Assembly (NCBI GenBank): GCA_003602515.1
Contig: QQSB01000062.1
Span: 927 to 61,320 of the forward strand
DNA length: 60,394 nt
Direction: 5' to 3'
Origin: Candidatus Poseidoniales archaeon
GTDB lineage: Archaea > Thermoplasmatota > Poseidoniia > Poseidoniales > Thalassarchaeaceae
A program made the position numbers and the translations under genes. Under the pieces are notes generated by a model. The model was not told the origin of the DNA, did no database searches, and saw only the letters and a list, made by a program, of their open reading frames with translations. Positions 29,601 to 37,802 of the stretch are shown here, piece by piece. The stretch's first letter is position 1; every line of letters starts with the position of its first letter.

Positions 29601-31968
29601 CCCTGTCGAGATTGAAATCTGGGAATAGGTGGTGTCCGTCAGCAGTATTGCATTCTGGCTGACACATCGCTGGACCGAGTTTGTCAGAGGTCCAATTTGT
29701 GACTTCCCTGACCTCCCATGGATCAAGAATTGCCGATGCTGCTGAGTTTAACGGGAATCCTTGCGGATACTTTTCGTTAGTATGGTTCAGTCGGGCATAC
29801 ATGATTGTCTCCTGCCACTCTGTAAAACTATAGTCGATCCAAGAAAGATGGACGTTGTCGAATGAATCTGTCAGGATTTGCGGGGCTACCGAGCTAGGTG
29901 CAAATGGGTATTCCTCGGACGCACCCTCGCATTGCTCGGGGGTCGAAATTGCACTCGAAGCAATCTGTTTTATTCCATAGGCAGGAAGTCCTTCTGGGAC
30001 CCCGTCCCACTCTGCTGCCCCTCTTAATCGGAGTCTGGTATAGTATATCTCGTAGGCTCCCTCGATGTCGATTCCCCCTGTGGCACCTTCGCAACCTGGG
30101 TACAGTCTACCGTCCTGCCAAGCTAGGTGCGTGTTGCCCGAGTTATCGAGTGCAATGGAGGGGTGGAGGCTATATGCTGGGTTGTTGGTAATCTGGGTGT
30201 CATTCACGACTACCAAATGCCCGTATCCCTGCTCGTCTTCCGAGGGTCCTAGATCTTCGACGTAGTACCCATTCTGGTTTGCCTCGGTCCCGGGGTCTCC
30301 TCTGCTCCAGCCAGGCCACGGGTTCTCCAGCAGGGAGTGAGGGTCTAGGATTGACATGTAGATCTCACGTGAGTTGTTCGTAGCTAGGTAAACCATGGCC
30401 TCGACCATGATCTCTAGTTCTGAAGAAGAGCCGGCGGTGGTTGGGAACTGATACATCTGCCCCTCAGCAGTGGTGGTTCGAGTAGTTGCACCGTTGCATG
30501 TTCTGGTATTGAGTCCCGAACCCACAGGGCACTGTGCCATATCCAGCATGTAGCTACCAACAGCCGTATCAGAACCAGCCCAGAGCGGGTAAGGCTTGGT
30601 CTGGGCCAAAACACATGCGTCATGTGCCTGATTGATGCTCGATGTGTCGTCGTTGTCCATTGGGGTTCCACCATATGGGCCCTCGTCGGAAATCGGTATT
30701 ACCACTCGAGTGGCATTGTCATTCCAACGATGGTCAAGGGTGGTAGGGGGGTTTGCTGCTAGTCCTTGTCTGCCCTGAATGTCTCTGTATGAGAGGCATG
30801 CCCAGGTAGCCGCTGGGCCCCAGAACTCGCTGTAGTAACCTCCATCGGCTGGGAGGTTAGTAGCCTGATTGTTGTAGACGACCTCTGTCAGCTCCCTGAT
30901 TCCACCCGAGGAGTCTCCCGGGCCTAGTGGGGTGTTTCTGGGGCCTTGGCTTCCAGAGCCCCCTGTCTGATAGGCATCTGCACAGTTTCCGCTTGTTGCA
31001 GCAGCCGGCCAATTGCCACTCAGCGCATAGAGTGTCTCATACACGCTCATGTTCGCGCTGACAAGCATTGGTTTCAGACCTATGAAATACCCTCCACTGG
31101 CGAAGTTTCCTCCGTAGAATACTGCACACATGTCTGCCCATTCTGCGTTCATCGAACCCGAGGTGTCTATTGGGACGACCATCTCAACTTGTCCGCCTCT
31201 GGTGTCGTCCCAGACAATCTGTACGAAGTCGTTGATGTCGACAGCTATGTCTGGATGGCCCTTCTGGCCAAGAATAGGAGTCAGCAGCGTACTGTCAATC
31301 TCAACAATAACCACTCGAGCTACTTGGTCTACTGATAGCATCTTGTAGTAGATCTGTGACTGCTGGTAGTACAGCTCCAGCGGCTCGAATGAGTCCTCCC
31401 ATACGATATGGGGATTATTCTCTGAGTCTACGTCAATGGCTGGCCAATCCCGATTCTGTGGATTATTTGCTACTTCGAAGTCGTTTGGTACTACGGACAG
31501 AGTTGAATCTAGTGATGCGTCTCCGTTCTGATCGTCCAGCGATGGGTCGAGAAGGGTGTACATGATCTTGTACTGCCCTGCCCTATCAGTCCAAACAACG
31601 TGAACCATGTCATCACTGTCAACAGTGACGTCTGGATGCCAAGCCCGGTGTGCTCCCGGGTCAGAAATTTGGGTCTCAGAGATCAGAGTTTCTCCTCTTG
31701 GGTCTAGCATCTTGTAATACAGGTGGTTTGTGTTCCGGCTCCAGACAACATGCACGTTTCCTTCTGAGTCGGCATCCATGGCCATCATCCTGTCGTTGTG
31801 AACGCCGCTCTGAACAACTTCTATTGGATCTGTGACGACAATGTCACTGGCACTGGCAGGAGCCGAGAATGAGGCTAGGAGGCTGAGCAGCATCAGCATG
31901 ACAATGGTCGCGCCACTCCTCTTGCTCGAAATTCCTTCCTTTTCGAAGGAACGGACGTACTGCATCAT
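26698..31968 (-). CDS. Large surface protein: 7 propeller-type repeats, inserted vWA/MIDAS domain, COG1470/CARDB Ig-like stalk, C-terminal TM helix
   Basis: Signal peptide; seven PxIxxDxxxxHxxW repeats; DTSGSM and ISDEG MIDAS residues; repeated I.N.GN..D domains; CARDB end (PDLV...VVVDPDNNIVETDENNN); TM anchor. Confidence 0.8.
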   Translation of the reverse strand: MMQYVRSFEKEGISSKRSGATIVMLMLLSLLASFSAPASASDIVVTDPIEVVQSGVHNDRMMAMDADSEGNVHVVWSRNTNHLYYKMLDPRGETLISETQISDPGAHRAWHPDVTVDSDDMVHVVWTDRAGQYKIMYTLLDPSLDDQNGDASLDSTLSVVPNDFEVANNPQNRDWPAIDVDSENNPHIVWEDSFEPLELYYQQSQIYYKMLSVDQVARVVIVEIDSTLLTPILGQKGHPDIAVDINDFVQIVWDDTRGGQVEMVVPIDTSGSMNAEWADMCAVFYGGNFASGGYFIGLKPMLVSANMSVYETLYALSGNWPAAATSGNCADAYQTGGSGSQGPRNTPLGPGDSSGGIRELTEVVYNNQATNLPADGGYYSEFWGPAATWACLSYRDIQGRQGLAANPPTTLDHRWNDNATRVVIPISDEGPYGGTPMDNDDTSSINQAHDACVLAQTKPYPLWAGSDTAVGSYMLDMAQCPVGSGLNTRTCNGATTRTTTAEGQMYQFPTTAGSSSELEIMVEAMVYLATNNSREIYMSILDPHSLLENPWPGWSRGDPGTEANQNGYYVEDLGPSEDEQGYGHLVVVNDTQITNNPAYSLHPSIALDNSGNTHLAWQDGRLYPGCEGATGGIDIEGAYEIYYTRLRLRGAAEWDGVPEGLPAYGIKQIASSAISTPEQCEGASEEYPFAPSSVAPQILTDSFDNVHLSWIDYSFTEWQETIMYARLNHTNEKYPQGFPLNSAASAILDPWEVREVTNWTSDKLGPAMCQPECNTADGHHLFPDFNLDRGMPPAFANDLGSGAHIGWSDKRCDWEGSNANKWTLCYVHVLTGLVDLSLACDDKIKTNANIEGYPYECPTDAETFYHTIQPGELTTFNITIANPTPGPAELVRDTFTVTMEGIPNNWTATLFYMTNNTPIFDSTPVFLDGGAIDPLYLRVRTPTIYQAKDDELAQISIIATSAKDPAIRNKLTLLTLMDVVHGIELDTSHFQVDVEQGKSAVFSISIKNTGNVYDTFAFYDPATLEGQNEWALPFGWGIDFPLRISLDPGQSVTRNLKVSVPETQDPGTFAIYLKGWSTGEPVLSVDRGTFDVLELWINVSIRTTGNIVFDIGDTKLYVLPGECASFPIQVNKYFTPGHIVFTTPGAPMERPADADLNSWRFDHWTVDLDFSEWPGSPSSSDQDIYWAQVGTTYTVSAEMCSPFNATAGIGESITVRAHLDGTPKVRDSVLILTNVVQRYELESSVPDTIVDLYPGQSYQMNTTVSNLGNGQDRYDITIESIVDSQGGAHVWDMDIPRILFEELNRDEAQTVPIFINVPVQTLAGEYTITFNVLSEEPFPCTEDPCEGTKVQDQIVIRATIIEFHDMQISLDPTVESKIKTTAPSRIVRYTLNVSNFGNVEDQPTIHNHTYDDVTTAWSVRPGLGSLSTWEIDYALLEGFGTEFPLEKPCVELTVEEENQITQQLSQGEGPDYCYVTAANTVTLPMMQPYTTLQLVVIVTVAPDASLTDRNLGIKTLSMHGSSDQGGDFDETEVWTDSCTMDSNSDGIPDNLPPDCDTNEQILEMRLRAPDLVLESVVAPVKEAAIGEMLSINVFITNRGNAHATDVNIILCKDQSESDIKRNGCKEENIVYRQIVNAIMPIGQSDTDLSDPITLLYMVEPGNHDIVVVVDPDNNIVETDENNNIERIGNMKSPLGSLDVGRELVVRYAVPTIIIGATFSLFGVAGYVIWGRRVEALARFSELSSLLPGSDDDDIVF

Positions 31969-32043
31969 TTTCTTTCGAATTTCTCGAATACTTAATCTAA
32001 ACCCCTTATGGTCACTTTTACGTCTTCCCGGGTGTCTCGAGGA

Positions 32044-32670
32044 TTACGCCCATTCCAGAGGGTCGAAGTCCTTTCCAAAGCCGCCAGTCTCGTCTGTATC
32101 GATTTCAGATTGCCTGGTTTGGGACTGTCTCGATGCTCGACCGGATTTCTTCCCTTCCCAATCGTCAACTGGTCCTGGCTTGCCCTTTCCGTTTCCGAAC
32201 CCGTACTTGATTTGGTGGATCAATGAGAGCTTCGTCAACCAGACCTTTCTCATGCTTTGCATGAATTCATTCTGTGTAAGTCCGTCTAGCCAAACTGGCC
32301 TTGAAAGATTGAATGCCTGCAGAGGCCCGGCCACTCCATCTTTGCTTTTACCAACATGGAGAACCCAATCAAGATCTGAAGAAGTCATTCTGATTCTGGT
32401 TTCATGGAGCCATTCCTCCCAATCCTCTGAGACCTCGTTTGCCATTTCTCGCATTGATTCCTGCTGTCCTTCGTCTACTCTTGTGATAGAATAGACCAAT
32501 ACCAGATTCCTGTTCTTTGGGATTACGATATTGAAAAGATGGCCCTGTTTTGTGGGGGGGTATCGAACGTGGAGGTGGATTATCGCTTGGGGATCTTTGA
32601 CCTCTCTGGCTTCTAGCCTCTCTCCTTCCAACCATGATCGGATTGAGTCGGCCGCCTCGCTGTGGTTCAC
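32044..32670 (-). CDS. DUF2299-like family protein
   Basis: IRSWL..E, FNIVIPK, W.DGLTQNEFM..MRKV pattern. Confidence 0.6.
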   Translation of the reverse strand: MNHSEAADSIRSWLEGERLEAREVKDPQAIIHLHVRYPPTKQGHLFNIVIPKNRNLVLVYSITRVDEGQQESMREMANEVSEDWEEWLHETRIRMTSSDLDWVLHVGKSKDGVAGPLQAFNLSRPVWLDGLTQNEFMQSMRKVWLTKLSLIHQIKYGFGNGKGKPGPVDDWEGKKSGRASRQSQTRQSEIDTDETGGFGKDFDPLEWA

Positions 32671-32694
32671 GAATGTTGCAAGAAGCGGTCCTAT

Positions 32695-34182
32695 TTAGAG
32701 CAAGTTGAGATTGGTACTCACATCGTCAATCAATCGGATTAGTCTATTTCCCTGTTCAGATGCCGCCAGTCTTGCGCTTTTGACAGAGTTGGAGAAATCG
32801 TTCCAGTAATCATAACCAAGCAGGAAGACTAAGTTTGAAGCATGGATAAGGATGAGGATGGACGATGCTAGTACTAGATTGATTGGAAATGAATCCACAG
32901 TTGGGGATACTAGAACCATGGAAGTTACAATTGCAATGGGAATCCAGAATATTACTGGCGAAAACATCCCAGCTAGGAAGTGGTAAGTGGTCCTAGCATC
33001 TATTCCCTCGTCTGTCCTATCCCCCATGTACCATGCGAAGAACGCCTGAACACCGGTCGATGGGATCGTGACTGGGGCTGAGAGTACCATCAGAAGAATC
33101 CCCGCTAAGCCCCTGAGCCACATTCTGCTGGTCTTCAGACTAGTCCCTTCCATCGAGCGCCCGTCCAGACCGTGGTCGTGTAGTATCTTTGCAGCCTCTA
33201 TGGAAGGGTCCAGCAAGCTCTCAGGCGGTACTGTATCTGCAAGCGAGTCTCGAACGGCCCTTGCTGCTAGGACTTCTTCCTTGAATGACTCGAGTGGTTT
33301 GTTGGCCAGATTCGCTTTGATGTGCCCAATCAGGTGCCAAGCACGGTATGTTTCCCAATCCGGAGCGTCTGGAGTGACCTCAGAAAGCGAGGAGAATAGC
33401 CTATCACGTAGTTCGTGTACCTGTTCTGATGGGGGTTCGACCCATTCTCCCGATGACAGGCGCTCTGCTGCGTCGGGAACTTCTGGGGCATCGACCGGGA
33501 TAGGTTCCTGGAACTCAACAAAGGCATCGGTCCTGAACCAATAGTGACATCTGAAGTGAAGTCCTATGGGCTGAAGAGCTGGGGGGGAAAGGCCTCTGTG
33601 TTGTGCTATGGAAGCTGCGTTTAATGCGAATCTCATAGGTCCAGTCTTGAATCTGTGGAGTCTGGAGTCCTGATGGGACTTGCCCTCCGGCATTACTAGG
33701 GCATTGTGTCCTGATGCGATGCAATTAGTCATTGTCAAAAGCGTCCTATCATTGATTTTTCTCGCATACTCCTCATCCGAGACCCCGTTATCTATCTCTG
33801 ACTTCCTGATCACAGGCTGAGAGCCCATCCTCCTTGAGAACCAGCCTATAAGTGGCATTGTCATCAAGTCATGTCTGCCCATTGAGATGACTCTGCGATC
33901 CTGGGAATGCACCATTGTCGAGGGGTCGACCAAGCCGTTCAGATGGATGGCTGACAGAACCCTGCCACCCTCGAATTCGGGAAGTTTGTCGTAGTGACTA
34001 CTTCTGAAGATGTACCTCAAGCCAATACCAATCATCAGGAGAATGATCCTCCAGAAGATTGGGTTCCCAGGGTGCCTTCCCGTATGGTCCCAAGGTAGTC
34101 GGTCGAGTTTTTTTGTTCTGAGTTTCATTGCTGCACTGGACAGTTCAGGTTCGATGTTGGGTGCGCCCTGCATATCCGACAC
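32695..34182 (-). CDS. plsC: Glycerolipid acyltransferase (PlsC/LPLAT superfamily) with C-terminal TM helices
   Basis: HLNGLVD (HxxxxD), PVIR, MPEGKSH, FKTG blocks. Confidence 0.8.
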   Translation of the reverse strand: MSDMQGAPNIEPELSSAAMKLRTKKLDRLPWDHTGRHPGNPIFWRIILLMIGIGLRYIFRSSHYDKLPEFEGGRVLSAIHLNGLVDPSTMVHSQDRRVISMGRHDLMTMPLIGWFSRRMGSQPVIRKSEIDNGVSDEEYARKINDRTLLTMTNCIASGHNALVMPEGKSHQDSRLHRFKTGPMRFALNAASIAQHRGLSPPALQPIGLHFRCHYWFRTDAFVEFQEPIPVDAPEVPDAAERLSSGEWVEPPSEQVHELRDRLFSSLSEVTPDAPDWETYRAWHLIGHIKANLANKPLESFKEEVLAARAVRDSLADTVPPESLLDPSIEAAKILHDHGLDGRSMEGTSLKTSRMWLRGLAGILLMVLSAPVTIPSTGVQAFFAWYMGDRTDEGIDARTTYHFLAGMFSPVIFWIPIAIVTSMVLVSPTVDSFPINLVLASSILILIHASNLVFLLGYDYWNDFSNSVKSARLAASEQGNRLIRLIDDVSTNLNLL

Positions 34183-34224
34183 GAGATTCCGAGTAGGTTT
34201 GAGGTCTTGATTATTGAGAGTGAT

Positions 34225-34647
34225 TCAATCCAATAATTCTTTGATAGAAGTAGCTAATCTTTCTGCTTCCTCGTGGTCCAAAGGTGAAGACTTGAAGGGG
34301 AATGTTAGGCCACTGCCATCGTTCATTTTGGGGATGATGTGGAAATGCACATGGAAAACGCTCTGGAATGCATTTGGTCCGTTGTTCTGAATAATGTTGA
34401 ATTCTTCTGCCCCGGTGGCCCTCAATATCGCTCTTGAGATCCTAGGGAGCACTCTCCCCAATGCCTCTGATGACTCATCACTCAACTTGTCAAGCGTCCT
34501 AGTCTCTTCCTTCGGAACTACTAGAGTGTGACCCGGACTGAATGGGTTGATATCTAGAAAGGCGAAAACCAAATCGTCCTCGTATACCTTGTGACAGGGG
34601 ATCTCTCCGGCGATAATCATTGAGAATATGCTTTTGTCGCCACCCAT
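34225..34647 (-). CDS. HIT family nucleotide hydrolase (HINT-like)
   Basis: SIF..II.GEIP, AFLDINP..PGHTLVVPK, HVHFHIIP. Confidence 0.95.
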   Translation of the reverse strand: MGGDKSIFSMIIAGEIPCHKVYEDDLVFAFLDINPFSPGHTLVVPKEETRTLDKLSDESSEALGRVLPRISRAILRATGAEEFNIIQNNGPNAFQSVFHVHFHIIPKMNDGSGLTFPFKSSPLDHEEAERLATSIKELLD

Positions 34648-34651
34648 CTAA

Positions 34652-36091
34652 TCACCCAGAGATGACGATGGATTCCGCTACCGAGGCCAATCCATGCAAT
34701 CTGAGGGCCTCAACCATCTCGGTGTTCATGACTTTCGAAGTATCAGTAAGTCGGATTCCAGAATCCTTGATGTTGTTGATTTCAGCTAGCGCTGCGTCCT
34801 TAGAGGACGATCCTATCGAGATTGCAGAAGATAGTTTGGAGGCGAAATTAGCTACTGTCATCCCTTCTCCTTCCCTGATTGAGGTGATTATGTTTGATAC
34901 ATCCTGTACGGCCTGGTCTATTTGGTCCGAACCCCCGAAGTGATTTGCTGGGGCCCATGAAGCGGCGTGCACTCCTGCCGCTTTTCCAGACACTAAGTCG
35001 TCCAGCAGGATGTTTCCAGGTAGTGGGTATTCACCATGCATTCCAGTGTTGGCACTCCTTCCAGCAGCATACAGGCCTGTATGCCAAAGACTGGTGGATG
35101 AATCTCCTGTATTTTGTTCCTGGAAGATGACCCTGCCCTCGTTATCGCACGGAGCACCGCCCGTAGTGTATGCCACACCGGGAGACAGAGGGACTACGTC
35201 TCTTGTGATGTCCAGTCCGAGTCTGTCCCTGATTCGCGATGATGTTTGAGAGAACCAGGACTTTGCTTCTGGGTCCATTCCTCTCAAATCGAGTACGCAG
35301 GTCTCCCCTTCTAGAGCCTCCTCTGGTCCGATGTCGTCCCCATTTTCTCTCCTTATCCTGCCCCCTGAACCCAGTACGTCTATTGGGATATGGATTCCGC
35401 AGTCTCTGATTGTTAGTGGGTGCCTAGGAGTTTTTCCCATCCCCCTAAGTTCGATACCAGCAGATAATGCAAGGGCTGATCCGGTTCCCGAACCCTCGCT
35501 CGGGTTTGACCACAGTCCTTGGTGCCCCTCGGTTGCGAGTATGACGGCCTTTGTCTGAAATGGTTCGATTTCTCCTGTAGAGATGTTCAGGGTGACTAGT
35601 CCTCTGACTTGATTATTGTCAGAAACAATAGAGAGAGGTAAATAGTCCGAATTCCGCTGAATACCTCGCTTGATAGCCTGTTCCTCTAGAATCCTAGTAA
35701 CCTCTCTTGAGGTTGAGTCTCCACAGCCCGTAAGACGTGGCACTTGGTGCCCGGGAGCAGGGGCTGCATGAGGTAGGCCTCCCTCCCTGCGCCTGAGGGC
35801 AAGCCCCCATCTTTCCAACTCAGCAAGCGTTGAGACTCCTTCATTACAAGTCCTAGAAACTACGGATTCGTTACAAAATTCACCACCCGCAGCGAGCGTG
35901 TCGTCCATGTGGGATTGTGAGTTTAATTCGTCAATCGAAGCAGCGAGACCGGCTACTGGAGGGGAGCCGGATCCTGATCCGACTCCGAGTTCGTCTATCA
36001 TCAATGGGACCACCCCCGCGTCTGAGCAGGCTATCGCTGCGCGAAGCGCCGCTGGGCCCGAACCGATAACCACAACTTCTCTGGACTCCAT
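34652..36091 (-). CDS. FAD-binding protein, divergent SdhA/FrdA/NadB flavoprotein family
   Basis: VIGSGPAALRAA, VILATEG, G.G.ALA..AG, YTTGG, GLYAAG, GMHG...L.GN.L. Confidence 0.75.
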   Translation of the reverse strand: MESREVVVIGSGPAALRAAIACSDAGVVPLMIDELGVGSGSGSPPVAGLAASIDELNSQSHMDDTLAAGGEFCNESVVSRTCNEGVSTLAELERWGLALRRREGGLPHAAPAPGHQVPRLTGCGDSTSREVTRILEEQAIKRGIQRNSDYLPLSIVSDNNQVRGLVTLNISTGEIEPFQTKAVILATEGHQGLWSNPSEGSGTGSALALSAGIELRGMGKTPRHPLTIRDCGIHIPIDVLGSGGRIRRENGDDIGPEEALEGETCVLDLRGMDPEAKSWFSQTSSRIRDRLGLDITRDVVPLSPGVAYTTGGAPCDNEGRVIFQEQNTGDSSTSLWHTGLYAAGRSANTGMHGEYPLPGNILLDDLVSGKAAGVHAASWAPANHFGGSDQIDQAVQDVSNIITSIREGEGMTVANFASKLSSAISIGSSSKDAALAEINNIKDSGIRLTDTSKVMNTEMVEALRLHGLASVAESIVISG

Positions 36092-36155
36092 CTTTCAATC
36101 TCGCCAGAGGTCCCAATCACAAGAACGTGACGCTTTATCGACGTCCTACGTGACG

Positions 36156-37622
36156 TCAATCCACTACGGAAATTGCGATTCTTCTAACGGCGACTGCTGC
36201 ATCCAACATCTTTTCAGTTGCTCCTTCTGGATTGAATCCTGATGAAAGAGTGGTCTGAACCACGAATGATGAGACCGTCTCTCCGTTTGGTCCTCTTAGA
36301 TTGACTTGTATCGGTTTAGAACCCGTTGCTCCCTGTGGCCATGCTAGGCCTATCCACAATACCAGAGAGTTGTCTATTAGCCTTCCCAGTACATCGACGA
36401 TGTCGTTGCCTTCTTCTCCAATCTTAGCTGGTTTCTTGGGCTGTCTCGAGACTGGAGGGTTCAGCCTGAGGGTCTGGTGATGGGGTTCCCCATCGGCTGC
36501 GATGATGTCGACTTCAACCTGGCAAGATTTTCGCGAATGGTTGTGAATCATTACGAACAAATCGCCCTGTCCTTGCGAGCACCTTGGGGGAATGTCCAGA
36601 TCTAGCCTCCATGGGTTCTCGATTAGTGAAGAGTGCCCTCTTAGTGCTGCATCCTCGAGTCGGTCGATCAGCCTGAACAGGCCTGGTTGCCATGCTCTTG
36701 TATGTGCCATTAGTCTTCGAAGAGTACGGTAGCAGAACTTCGATTGATCGTCATTCAAGTCGTCTATTGCAGCCACTCGAAAAACTCGCTTGGATTCGGA
36801 AACCAATCTATCGTTGTCCAGTAGACCGAGGTGGTTTAGATGGAGGACGCGCAGAAGGTGTTCAACCGCTGATTCCGGAGTCTGGTTAGAGCGTACTTTA
36901 TTCTCTAGTTCGATTAGCCAATCATCCCATGCTCCAGCGGTCTCAGGATCCAAATGAGCCACTACCAAATCTGAGAGGACTCTATTCAATGTGCTCTGGT
37001 GGAGTGTTGGGGCATGCATGGAAAGAAGTGGGAAATCCTCGTCAGTCATAGGTATCCTGCGCTCCAGTTGAAGAGTATTGATGATAGAAATGGAACCCAG
37101 GAAAATAGCCAGCCCGTAGAGTATCGATGCCAATATGTTCCCCGTCTCGAAGTTATCAACCGAATTGAGTGCCCCCATGGCAAGAGCCGCGCAAAGAATC
37201 CGTGTCCTTTCCCTCAGAGTTCTCTCGTGCAGAGTATTCAGGATCCGCTCTACTCCGGGGTATGCCTCCATTGAACGGTTACTGCCTATTTTCAACTGAA
37301 GTCTGTCTCTCGCAGACATCTGCGCAAAGGAAGCTGCTAACAGGGTCGGAAAGAAGAGGGTCGCTTGGATTGCGAAGAGTGCGACTCCGGCCAATAGGTA
37401 TTCTTCACTCCAACCAGAGGCAAATATAATTGTAGCAAGTATGGCAAGCACTGAGACAAGTGTCCTTGCTCGTCTGCTCCCCCTGATTGTGGAGATTCTG
37501 GTCCACAGTACTCGTTGAGAGTCTCTAATCCGGACTCTTCGATTCAACGCATTTTCTGATGTCTGGCCAAAGGTGGTATCTTCGCCATACGGGTTGGGGA
37601 GGTCCGAGGAGTTGCTCGCCAC
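36156..37622 (-). CDS. Hypothetical membrane protein
   Basis: Long ORF with about 4 TM segments and a soluble C-terminal part; start probably GTG 37622 (track start 37694). Confidence 0.7.
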   Translation of the reverse strand: MASNSSDLPNPYGEDTTFGQTSENALNRRVRIRDSQRVLWTRISTIRGSRRARTLVSVLAILATIIFASGWSEEYLLAGVALFAIQATLFFPTLLAASFAQMSARDRLQLKIGSNRSMEAYPGVERILNTLHERTLRERTRILCAALAMGALNSVDNFETGNILASILYGLAIFLGSISIINTLQLERRIPMTDEDFPLLSMHAPTLHQSTLNRVLSDLVVAHLDPETAGAWDDWLIELENKVRSNQTPESAVEHLLRVLHLNHLGLLDNDRLVSESKRVFRVAAIDDLNDDQSKFCYRTLRRLMAHTRAWQPGLFRLIDRLEDAALRGHSSLIENPWRLDLDIPPRCSQGQGDLFVMIHNHSRKSCQVEVDIIAADGEPHHQTLRLNPPVSRQPKKPAKIGEEGNDIVDVLGRLIDNSLVLWIGLAWPQGATGSKPIQVNLRGPNGETVSSFVVQTTLSSGFNPEGATEKMLDAAVAVRRIAISVVD

Positions 37623-37724
37623 GGTCTCTCGAGGGGCTTTCTCTGCTTGATGGCATCGGATAACAGAATGGAAAAACAAGTTTTTCCGGGGCACATTTCT
37701 TCAAGAGGTCGTGCTCGCGGGAGC

Positions 37725-37802
37725 GGGCGTGTAGCATAGCCTGGATAATGCACCGGCCTCCTAAGCCGGGGACCGCGGGTTCGAATCCTGCCGCGCCCGC
37801 CA
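37725..37802 (+). tRNA. tRNA-Arg(CCT)
   Basis: Acceptor GGGCGTG/CGCGCCC, anticodon arm CCGGC-CT-CCT-AA-GCCGG, T loop GTTCGAATC, encoded CCA. Confidence 0.97.
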
